Of a stretch of DNA of 64,000 nt, positions 49,763-61,299 are shown in pieces. Positions within the stretch are counted from its first letter, which is position 1; every line of letters begins with the position of its first letter. Below the pieces are notes generated by a model. That model was not told the DNA's origin. It did no database searches and saw nothing but the letters and a program-made list of their open reading frames with translations. Source of the stretch: the human T2T-CHM13v2.0 reference genome, Homo sapiens; NCBI RefSeq assembly GCF_009914755.1, contig NC_060935.1; one strand, 5' to 3'. A program made the translations under genes and the position numbers.

Positions 49763-50650
49763 CAGGACCTCCCCTAGGGTATGTGGGACTGAGGATAATA
49801 CCTTGGTGGGGCATCTGTTTCATAAACAATTTGAATTAAAATTTGTAACAAAATTCATGGGCCCATGACAAATATAAGGAAGTGATTTATTGAAGATGTA
49901 GAGAAAAGAGACACTCATATGTTTAGAAGCATCATACCTTATCTTGAATTCTTCAGACTGTAATCTCTGAATTCCCAGAACATAATCTCATTTGGTGTTG
50001 ACCACATCTCTGCCTTCTATCCGCCACCACCAGCAGGGAGATCAGTGAGAGGAGATGAGTGAAAAAAGAAGAGTGGGTCCATTCAAGGAAGGATTGTTTG
50101 TCTTTTGTCTAGCGCAAATGAAGACTGTCCCTGGAACATGATGTTTTCGCATTCCTTGCAGGTGATAAAGAACACTGATTAGAAGGGCTCATGGTCCTGT
50201 AGAACAACAGTCTTCAGAACCTTGGAGGAAATGGCACAGCCACTCCTGGAGACTGCCTGACAAGTGGCATGGAGTTAGTGAATGGTACTAGTGGCAGGCA
50301 GGGTAAAGAATGCCTGCTGTCAGCACCACCACACCCTACCTTGTGTGCTGTAGGCATGCAGTGGTGGGGTAATCAGATCACAGATGGGTCAAATCCATTT
50401 CATAGGCCTGGATATGTGGCTTTAGGCCAAGGGTCAGCCATGGTCCATGGATAGCCCAGGGTCTGAACTCATCCTGGATCTGACACAAATAAGAGAGAAT
50501 CACTGCAAATCAGCAAGACGGCATCATTTCAACACTTTAATCTTATACAATCTAAAGAGAAATACTTGCATCATCCAGCAGGAGGCAACTTGTAATGAAG
50601 CCACTTTATTGGAACTAGATTCTTGCTTACCTGGTCTAAGAGTGGTTCTA
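49763..50650. mobile_element. Possible old hAT-Tip100-type DNA transposon (MER115/Zaphod-like)
   Basis: GC-richer block within the HAL1-like relic. Ends caggacctcccctaggg / cctggtctaagagtggttct loosely resemble Tip100-type terminal inverted repeats. Confidence 0.3.
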
Positions 50651-50889
50651 TATCTGAAATCTGGAAGCAAATATAAAAACAGCTAAAACGTTGAAATGTT
50701 GTACTAATTTATTCCGGTAGTAGGGCTAGGGAGGAGGAAGGGTAGAGTTGAGGAATTATTGTTTTTCATAATAAGCCTTGTAATACTGTATTAGTTTTTA
50801 AGTCCTGTAGATATATTACTTACAACAATTAAAGAAATAAGTATATGAAAGCAGTTTATTAAGTTCTTTTCCCAGCTCCAAACTGTTAG

Positions 50890-50891
<2 letters not shown>

Positions 50892-50932
<41 letters not shown>

Positions 50933-51855
50933 CACACACACACATATATACATAAATATACACATGTATATACGTATATATACACACATGTATATATACA
51001 TACATACACACGTATATATACACGTGTGTATATACATGCGTGTATATACATATATACGTATATATGTATATATGTGTATGAAATGGATTTTACCCATCTG
51101 TGTTCTGATTACCCCACCACTGCATGCCTATAGCACACAACGGTAGGGTGTGGTGGTGCTGATAGCAGGCATTCTTTACCCTGCCTGCCAATAGTACCAT
51201 TCACTAGTACCATTCACATATGCATGTGTGTATATACATGTATATACACGTATATATACGTATATTTCTGTATATACATGTGTATACAAGTATATATACA
51301 CACGTATATATACGTGTGTATATATACACATGTATGTATATACATGTATGGACATATATATGTATATGTGTATATAAAGTGTATATACACATATATACAT
51401 ATATATGTCTATATACATACATGTATATGTGTCTATATACATACATGTATATATGTCTACATACATGTATGTGTGTCTATATACATACATGTATATATGT
51501 CTACATACATACAGGTATATATATCTGTCTACATACATACATGTATATATCAGTGTCTACATGCATGTATATATATCAATGTCTACATACATGTATATAT
51601 CTGTCTACATGCATACATGTGTATATCCATGTCTACATGCATACATGTATATATCCATGTCTACATGCATACATGTATATATCCATGTCTACATGCATAC
51701 ATGTATATATCTATGTCTACATACATACATGTATATATCTCTATGTCTACATGCATACATGTATGCATATCTATGTCTGCATATGTGTATATATCTATGT
51801 CTACATACACATGTATATCTATGTCTATGTCTACATACACATACACACACACACT
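50892..51855. repeat. Compound alternating purine-pyrimidine microsatellite and 24-30 bp minisatellite, interrupted at 51077-51217
   Basis: (GT)n, then TA/CA/TG mixtures, then units such as gtctacatgcatacatgtatatatccat (28 bp). Confidence 0.95.
51077..51217 (-). repeat. Inverted copy of 50276-50404 plus a 13-bp tandem duplication
   Basis: Manual alignment: 5 substitutions and 1 indel over ~130 bp. tagtaccattcac occurs at 51192-51204 and 51205-51217. Confidence 0.95.
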
Positions 51856-52437
51856 TATAGCTTACAGGGAGCTCGACTATAAAATATTAGAAAAGTTATT
51901 TTCCACTTATTTTTAAATTGGTACATTTAAATATATCATGGTTGGTCTCACAGAAACTTCAAGGTCAATGACCAACAAAATGGAACTTTTAACCTAAACC
52001 AGTCAAAGGAGATAACAGGAGAAAGCTTAGTATTATTAGAGGTATAGAGTTAGTTGAGGCCAGTATTGGGCCAAAACTGTGAATCCAAGGTTGCTCATCT
52101 GTGGTACCCTGACTTCCAGCCCCCATCTTCCCTCGGGCACCTCTGCTAGCTGTCAATTAAACACCACTAATGAGGACACTGATAACAGCTTAAGAAATGC
52201 TTCTCTCCCTTGAGTATTTCATTCCAATAAGGAGTGTCTTATTAGACCAAACTATTTTAAACCCCAAAGAGATAGCCTGAAAAAGAACTAATTTTAGTCA
52301 GTGTCATTTGCAATAATGGTGAGATTTTGAGGCCTTATAAACTCTCCACTACTCTCAAGTTTTGATTTGTAGTTGGCTGCATATTGTGAAGCTGACCCAG
52401 GTTATACATAACTATGAAAACAGGACCAGTGTTTTAA

Positions 52438-52440
<3 letters not shown>

Positions 52441-52469
<29 letters not shown>
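52441..52469. repeat. Isolated poly-A run (29 nt)
   Basis: Read directly; no adjacent SINE or LINE body. Confidence 0.95.
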
Positions 52470-52470
<1 letters not shown>

Positions 52471-54414
52471 CCCTGTGGAGTAAAACAAGATCTTTTTATT
52501 TGTATTTACTTCTACATAGGCTATAGTGCAATTATAGATCCAAGTATTTTTATTACACATATATTATCGTTTATTTCAAGGAAGCATACAAGCCCCTGCT
52601 GTTTGCATACACACTTGATAATAAACCTCACTGAACAAATCTGGAAGAATTGAGCGTAATTTCTTGTCTGTGTCTAAGTAAACTTAACTGTATAAATGTG
52701 GGCATGCACATTCACAGAGATACAAACACAGTAACATCTCACTATCTTTGTAGTGTTAGATAAAGGATCATTATTTGTATGTGAATTTCAAGAAAATTAA
52801 AATTTACCTCATCGGAAATAATTAAAATGTTCTTAAAAACTGCAATCCAAACTTCATCACCATTCTTTTATCTTCTAAAACACTAAATTGAACTTTTGAA
52901 ATATTTGAATGATTCATAATTCTTAAAGTACATAAATTGACATAACGTGTTATAGTTCCTGCCTTCTGGTTTTGTTGATTTGGAAATATTCCAAACAGTC
53001 CCAGAGAACTCTGCTACTTATTTTTGTTTGTTTGTGTTTGTAACTTTCTGCCTTTTTCTTACTGGTAGGCTATCCCATCTCACTCTTCACTTCTGTTAGT
53101 ATGTTCTTCTAGCTGCTTTTTTTAAAATTTATTTTTGCATCATTGAGTACATAATAAGTGCTCAATAACTGCTTTGTTAAATTAAACTACATAGTTCTCT
53201 GCTCTTTGACAATGTTATTGTAAAGAAGTAATGAACTGTTTTTACTGATCAGAAACCATGCATTTTTCCTCTACTTTTATCATACCAGCTATTTAACATT
53301 ACCTGGTATATTTTCAAAGTAACTCAAGCACTGAAGGTTAAAATACTGGCGATAAAAATTCAGTTAGTTTCTGGTCAGTGTGAGAGTCCAACTAATTATT
53401 GATATTTGGCTCTTCTTTCTGCGAATAGGTAAGTGTTGTGCAAAGGGCTGAATATTAAGGAGACTGACAGTATTTCTAAGAGGATTTCAAGCTATCTCTT
53501 CATAATCCACAGGATGAGCTCCTACTTTATAATTGCTGTAATCCAAAGAACTTCTGGCTCATAAGGAGCATATGTCTGAAGCCATATGAGTTGGTAGTTA
53601 ACACTGATCTTTTCAGTTTCTTCTGTCATCACAGTCCCTCCCTGCAACGTAAATTTTCTGTTGAATGTCTATTTTAATGCTTATTTCCCATCCCCTCGAG
53701 GTGGTAAGCAATTTCATTTAGAAATTAGAAAACTGGAAGGTAGAAGACCATTTTAAAGATTGTTTATTTCATGACCTCATATTTTAAAGGGCCCTGAAAG
53801 TCTCATCTCCAAGCAGTCAAGGCAGTCAAGTTTGGCTTTATGGTTACTCTAGGCATAGCTGTTTGATGGATTAAAAAGTGCTTTTAGCAAATTGACATCT
53901 GCTGCTTCAGTGATACAATGTGGACACTTTAGGCTTGCATTTAAAATGGAAATTGGACTTCACTACGTTGAAAACAAGGTTCAGGAACATTAATGGCCAC
54001 ATTAATGACTTTGAATAATTTCTAGTTATAGTTCTTGAGTAACAGCACTGGAAATATTTGCTATGAAAACAAATTACTGATTTACCAGTAGGAATGATGG
54101 CATTGACCTTAACGCGAATGAATATTTTGAAAGGCTGGTGATATAGAAGGCTTTATGGAAGGGTGAGTTTCATATGGAAGATCATGTTTCCACATGACTA
54201 CACATGTCAACTAGGGGAATTCTACATACACATTTACAATGGATATTTCTTTGTCTTAAACTCTTGACTAGAGAGACTATATTCATATTTTGTCTCCAGA
54301 ATCCAAGTGGTCCCTGATGATACTGCCCTTTAGTATTTGTTTAACGGAACAGTCATGTTCTTTTGAATGCTAGGATGTTAGTAAAGAAAAATCCAAGTGA
54401 TTTACTGGACGTAC

Positions 54415-54772
54415 TGTTTTAATGTGTCTGTTCTGCTATAAAAAATTACCTGAGACTAGGTAGTTTAAAAACAAGATAGATTAATTTTCTTATAGTTCTG
54501 GTGAATAGGAAGTCCAAGATCAAGGTGCCAGCATTTTCAGTTGTTTAATGAGGACTGCACACTCCAGAGGGAAGAAAAACTGTGCTCTCACATGGCAAAA
54601 GGTGGAAGGGCAAGCTAGCTGAACAATGTTCAAAGCCTCTTCAATAGTGCCTTACCTCCGTTCCTGCAAGAAGAGCCCTCATGGCCTAATTACTTCTTAA
54701 AGGCCTCACCTCGTAGCATTATCACAATTGGTAACACCTGAATTTTGGAGGGAACACATTCAAACCATAGCA
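54415..54772 (-). mobile_element. MLT1A-type MaLR solo LTR
   Basis: gctataaaaaattacctgagactaggtagttta...ggaagtccaagatcaaggtgccagca...cacattcaaaccatagca. Confidence 0.85.
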
Positions 54773-56794
54773 ATGAGATTTTTCAACTTGTTTTCTTATG
54801 AGTTTTCATTCAATTGACACATGCTTTGTTACATGATTATGCTCTAAATATATCTGGTTCATGAGAGAGTCAGAGTTTTATGCAGACTCATAAAAATCAC
54901 ATGTCAAGCGTTACACCAGCAAAAAATGCTGGTGATGTAAATGAAATTCAATCAGAATATTTTCTGTCTGAAATTTGAAAACTAGGTCCAAAGAATGAGG
55001 AATAATTAATTTCAATAAGAAGCAAAAAGATACACATGGAAAATAAACAAGAATGCTGTGTCCTCAAGTGAATGTTATCATCGAAAGCATAAGCTAACCT
55101 GTATTCTCAGGCTACTTAGTATTCTGAACAAACTTTCAAAGGGCTGACAGCACTTATAAGTCTCTGGTAAGCTTTTAAAACTTTGGAGAGGTCAATTTGG
55201 TTACTGTTTCTGGGTCCCCTATGAGATATAGTGTTTGGCTTCCCCAATTTGTGATGAGGACAGGAAAAATGACCAAATTTCTTCTTATATTTATATCAAA
55301 CTTCCCGTAATTTGGAGTACACCAAGAGATTCTATTCCTTGGCTCCAAAAGAATCAAACATGATGCCTGAAGGAAATAATTCACATTTTTTTAGTAATAA
55401 TTTCATTGGGATGTAATTTATATACAATTAAATTCATATTTAAAATGTACAGTTCTATGGCTTTTAGTCTATTCAAAGTTGTGCAACCATTACCACAATT
55501 TTACAACATTTTCATCATCCCCCCAAATCCTGCAATTGTACCCTTTTACAGTCACATACTGTTATCCTCATTCCCTCTATCTCTAGTCAACCACTAATTA
55601 ACTTTTTCTATTGATTTTCACATCCTGGACATTTCATATAAATTGCATTATATAATATGTGATCCTATTTACTGGCTTCTTTTACTTAGAATAAATGTTT
55701 TCAAGGATCATCTATGGTACGGCTTCCATCAGTACTTTATTTATTGGCAAATAATTTCCCTTATGTGGATATACCATATCTTGTTTATCCATTCATCAAT
55801 CAGTAGACATTTAGGTTGTTTTCATTTTTTGACTTTTCTGAATGAGGCTGCTATAAATATTCATGAACAATTTTTTGTGTGACTATATGGTTTCATTTAT
55901 CTTGGGAGTAAGGGTAGCAACTCTACGTTTAAACTTGTGAGGAACTGGCAGACTGTCAATGTGTATGCCTCATTTTACATTCTCTCTAGTAGTGTATGAG
56001 GGTTTCAGTTTTTCCACATCCTTGTTGCTATTTGTCATTACCTGCATCTTAATGATGGTCACCTTAGTGACTATCACTATATATAGTGATATAATTAAAT
56101 CGCTAATTATATAAGTCACTATAATTCTGAGTGTGAAGTTGTTCCTCACTGTGACATTTATTTTCATTTCCCTAACAGCTAATATTGTTTAGCATTTTCT
56201 CATATGTTTATTGGCCATTTAAACCTTTGTAAAAACATGTGTTAATTTAATTGACGACTTTTTAGTTGGGTAATTTGTGATATTGGGTTGTAAATGTTAT
56301 TTATGTTGTCTAGATAGAAGTTATTAAAGATACGAGATTTGTAAATATTTTCTTTCACTCTATAGGTTCTTGATAGTGTCCTTTGAAGAATACAAGTTTT
56401 GAATTTTAATGAAGTATAATTTACATATTTTTTCTTTGTTGCTTGTGATTTTGATGTCATAACTAATAAATGATTGCCTGGTCCAAGGTGGTGATGACTT
56501 ACATTTTATTCTAAGACTTTAATTTCTTTACCTCTTGTATTTAGGGCTTTTGATTCACTGAGGTAATTTTTGTAAATTATGTAAAATAGGGGTCCAATTT
56601 AATCCTTTGCATGTAGATATCCAGTGGGACCAGCACCATTTGTTGAAAAGATTTCAGTTGTCACCCTTCTCAAAAATAGACTATAAATGTAAAGGTTTAT
56701 TTTGAAACTCCCATTTCTATTACATTCATATATATGTGTCTGTGTGTTTCTTTTTGAGTAGTTTAGAGTGTGTATGTGTATGTGTGTATGTGTC

Positions 56795-57213
56795 TGTCTC
56801 AGTTTGTTTTACATTAATGTACAGGAATAACTGACACTAGGTAATTTATGAGGAAATAAGTCTGTTTGGCTCATGATTCTGCTATGGAAAGTTCAAGACT
56901 GGGCTTCTGCATCTGGTGAGGGCTTCAGGGGGTTTCCACTTATGGCAGAAGGTGAAAGGTAGCCAGCATGTGCAGAGATCACATGGCAGGAGAGGAAGCA
57001 CGTGAGAGAGAAGGGAGAGGTGCCAAGTGCTTTTTACCAACTACCTTTTGTGGGAACTAATAGAGTTAGAACTCACCTATCCTCAAGAAAGGACATTATT
57101 CATGAGGGATCCACCTCCATGACCCAAATACCTCCCGTTAGGCTCCACCTCCAACATAGGGAACCAAATTTCAACATGAGGTTTGGAGGGGGACAAACAT
57201 CCAAACCATAGCA
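56795..57213 (-). mobile_element. MSTB-type MaLR solo LTR nested in L1
   Basis: ggctcatgattctgc...gcatctggtgagggcttcagg...catgagggatccacctccatgacccaaa...ggacaaacatccaaaccatagca. Confidence 0.9.
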
Positions 57214-58179
57214 TATGTATACATATATAGCCTTTAGCCAATACCACACTGTCATGGTTTCTGTAACTTTGTAGTGAGTTTTGAGTTTGGGAAGTGTGAA
57301 TAATATAGTCTTGTTCTTTATCAAGATTGTTTTGGCAATCTGGATATTTTGAATGTCCATATGAGTGTTTGGGCCAACTTATTAATATCTACAAATACAC
57401 AGCTGGAATTTTGACAGAGAATGCACTGAATCTGTAGATTTATATAGGCTTGTTACTATCTTAGTGTTAATTGTTAATTAAGTTATCTGATATGGAGTAT
57501 TAGTTTTGACTTTTTTGTTAAATTTCTAAGCAATTTTTGCTGCTATTATAAATTGTTTTCTTAATTACATGTTTGGATTTTTCCTTGCAAGTGTATAGAA
57601 ATACAAAAGATATTGGTATAGCAATCTTATATGCTGCAACCTTGCAGAATTTGTTTTGTGGTGAATGTCTTAGAAGAGTTTTATATGCAAAATCATGCCA
57701 TCTACAAAGATACATAGTTTTACTTCTTTTTCAACCTGGTGTCTTTTATTTCACTTTATTGCTATTTTACCCTTACTAGAAACTTCAGTATAATACTGAA
57801 TAGAAGTGGTAAGAGAAAACATTATTGCCTTGTTCCTGATTTTATGAAGAAAATACAGTTTTTCCACTAAGCATGCAGCTGTCCATTGATTTTTGGTAGA
57901 TTCCCTAAATCAAATTGAAGAATTTTGTTTATATTCATAGTTTGTTGAGTATTCTCATAATGGAGAGGTGTTGGATTTTGTTAAATGCTACTTGTGGTTC
58001 TATTGCAATAATTTTATTCGTCCTTTATTGCATTAACATGTTGCATACATTAATAGATTTTTACATGTTAAATCAGTATTGCATTTGTGGGATAAATTTT
58101 ACTTTGTTACAATGTCTAGTCTCTTATATATGGATGGATCTGGTGAGCTAGCTTTTTGTTAAGAAATTTTGCCTCTCTC

Positions 58180-58224
58180 TAGATAGATAGATGGATAGAT
58201 AGATAGACAGAGATATAGATATAG
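58180..58224. repeat. Imperfect (AGAT)n tetranucleotide repeat
   Basis: Read directly. Confidence 0.85.
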
Positions 58225-61200
58225 TTCTCCTATTTTCTTTTCCTTTTATTTCTTTTTTTGGTTTTGTATCGGGGTAATACTGGACTCAGAGAATTGGGAG
58301 TATACACTTCTCCTGCTCCATTTTTTTGTAAGAGTCTGTAAAAAGATGGTATTAATTCTTTAAATGTTAAAATTCACCATTGAAGTAAACGGGCCTGAGC
58401 TTTTGTATTTTCTCTGTGAGTAGTTTATTTTTCTCTAAATATCAATTCAATTACTTTAAACATTGTTAAGTCTATATGAAGTTTCTATTTCCTTATGAGT
58501 CAGTGTTAGCAATTTGTTTTTCTAGTGTTTTGTTCTTTCATCTAAATTTTCTAATTTATTAGCACATAATTTTCATAGTATTCCCTGACAATACTTTATT
58601 ATTTAAGTCTAGTAGTGTTCTCTTTCATTCCTGATTTTAGTAATTTGAGCATTCTCGCTTCTTTCAGTCTAGCTAAATATTTATAATTATTAAGCTATTC
58701 AATAAAACAACTTTTTGATTTGTTTATTCGTTATTGTTTTTATAGTCTGTATTTTATTAATTTCAAAACTATTTGCTTTTTTAATCTTTCTTTGAGTAGA
58801 ATTTGATCTTTTTTTCCTAGTGTCTTGAGGTGAAATGTTACCTTATTGATTTCAGATCTTTCCCTGTTTAAAATAATAGGCACTTACAACTACAGATTTC
58901 TAAGTACTTGCTTTAACTGCGTCTGATAAGCTCTGGTATGTTTTGTCTTCATTTAATTTATATCCAAAGCACTTTCTAATTTCCCTTGTGATTTCTTTTT
59001 TGATTATTTGGTTATTTAGGAGTATGTTGTTTAATTTTCATGTATTTGTGAATTTCCCAAATTTCTTTGTGTTATTGACTTCTAATTTTATTCAGTTGTG
59101 GCTGCAGAATATGCTTTGTAGAATTTCAATTACTTTAATTTATTGAGGCTTATTTTATGGCCTAACACATACTCTACCCTGGAGAATGTTTCATGTGTAC
59201 TATGCTGTTGTTGGGTGCAGTGTTCTACAGATGTCTGTTACATCTGGTTGGTATATAAGCTTGTCCACATCTTTTATTTCCTTATTGATTCTTCTGAGTA
59301 GCAGTAGTTGTTTTCTGTTTGTTTAGTGACTGTCTGGAATATTTTAGTGAAGTCTATTTGTCCCAAGGCATGAAGTTCCTGAAGTCGCTCCTCAGAGGTT
59401 ATAGCTCTGGACATGTTCAAAGTCACCCTGGGATGACAGTAGTTTCAGCAGAGCTATCTTTAACTGTTTCTTACACTGATCACATCGAGTTGCTGATCAG
59501 GTACTCTGTTTTCAAAAATTCCATGGGGCATATATTGTTCTATAGACTGTTCCAATTAAATTGAGGACCTTTGCCCAGATAGTATTTGGGGCCACTATAT
59601 GAGGTTTTTATGACTCCAGGATTGCTTTTCTTAGCTGTCTCATTCCCCTCGTCTCTCCTAAAGCGGCTTGAGTATGACTGATCTTATTCTTCTCATGAAG
59701 TTACCTCCATGTAATTGCTTTATTAACACCTTCAATGTTTTGGAAAGCACCGTTAGGCTTGAACTTCGCCAGACTCTACTTAAGTGAAGTCAGTTCTTTT
59801 CAGTAAAGCTTCAGAGTTCTCTGTTGAGACTTGCCTCTGCCCCTGGACAAAATTTCTGAACCAAGTTCCTAGAGCTGCAGTCCAGGACTTTGGACCACTT
59901 TTCGCTGAGTTACCCCTGCTGGAAAGGCATGTACACCCCTAGTTTTCTAGGCATGCTTCTTTTCTACAGATTAGGTGGGGAAACTCTTCCTTATAAATGA
60001 GTTGGTATGAAAGCCATTGGGGCCTGGTGTTCTCAGCATGTTGTCCGTAAGCTAAGGCCCCCACCCATGAGTGGGGCTCAGTGGATAAAGCGAGCCACTG
60101 ACCTCTTCAGTGAACTTGCCTGGAATTTAGCCTCTGCAAAGTAGCTGAAAGGAGTATTAAAAAAAAAAATTCCACTGGCTTGCTCCTCCTCAGAAGATAT
60201 CATACCCTTCCACTAGGGGGATAGTTGTGTTCTTAGCTACATTTGCCTGAGGGAAGTTTCCATCACATTATGCTGAGAGTGCAGAGAGAGAGGTCATCGT
60301 TCAAATGCCAGTCTCATTGTTCTTACTGAGTTTTAGTAGGTTTTCTTAAATAAATGTGTCGTCTTTGGCTGTATGCCTTTAGAATAATTCCAGAGACATT
60401 ACTTTTAATTATTATTACCAGTTATGTTCATTTCACTGAGTGGCCCATTCAGCTTCTCATAATACCATTCCAGAAATAGAATTTCCTTATATTTGTTTGA
60501 CAGTCATACGATATCTGTAAACATGTAACATATTATTTGACCAGGCTAGTTTGGAGGATAGTATACATTATGGTGTAATAGTCTACTTACTATCTGAGTT
60601 AATGCAAATGTTTTGTTTCCTGGTATATTGTGCAGAAAAATTATGATATCTTGACTGCAGAATTTCAAAGAAAAAGGTAAATTTTTTTTTGCAAATTTTG
60701 AATGTCTGAGATAGTTGTATGCAATGTGTAATACACACACTTACAATATTAGACATATACATACATGTATAATCTACCTTTATACAGCATGCCCACACAC
60801 ACTCATACACACACACAAATACACATACATAGTCTTTGAGTTAATATCATTCAACTAAGCACTTTAGGTCAGACCTGTATTGATTCTTTAAGTGGCTAGG
60901 TTCTAAAAGATGATACCTTCTTTAGTTTCTGCTTCAACTAACAGAAGTCAGGTTTAATTACTTGGAACCACAGAGTCCTGACTGACTGATATGAGTATCA
61001 AATAGTCACAAATTATCTAGACTGCAAATATCATTTCCTTGTGATTTACAGATAAGAGAAGCCTGAACTCTAACTTCTAATGAATATACTTAAAAAGCTT
61101 GTTTATATTTGACCATTTTTTGTTTCTTAATGAATGTTTATGCTTCAAAAATCTATCCTCATTTTCATCTATCACAATGGCCAATACCATGGTTCCAGAG

Positions 61201-61299
61201 CCTTGCAAAGCATGTCTATGGTCTTGTAGATTCATTTGTCTAATCTACTGCTGCTGATACATTAACATTTCCCCCAACTATGGATAAGTCCTATTCCTT

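Larger units (their letters stand above)
55387..60475 (-). mobile_element. Old LINE-1 (L1MB7/8-like 3' end) with ORF2 relic; jumps at ~59.3 kb to 5' UTR-like sequence (internal deletion)
   Basis: 3' end ttaaaatgtacagttctatggcttttagt...gttgtgcaaccattaccacaa. ORF2 relic at 57100-57360 (IAKTILIKNK...TLPKLKTHYKVT...TVWYW). 5'-end-like cttctcataataccattccagaa. Confidence 0.8.

Noticed and set aside
51405-51845. CRISPR-like 28-bp repeat array
   Set aside because: The units are contiguous with no unique spacers, there are no cas genes, and the context is human. It is a minisatellite.
50791-51916. Long overlapping ORFs (up to 230 aa, rich in Y/I/C/V/H/M/T) on both strands
   Set aside because: Every stop codon needs two adjacent purines, so strictly alternating purine-pyrimidine repeats cannot contain one. 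The ORFs are artefacts of the repeat.
54914-54934. Hairpin caccagca-aaaaa-tgctggtg resembling a terminator
   Set aside because: An 8-bp stem is expected by chance, and intrinsic terminators are irrelevant in human DNA.
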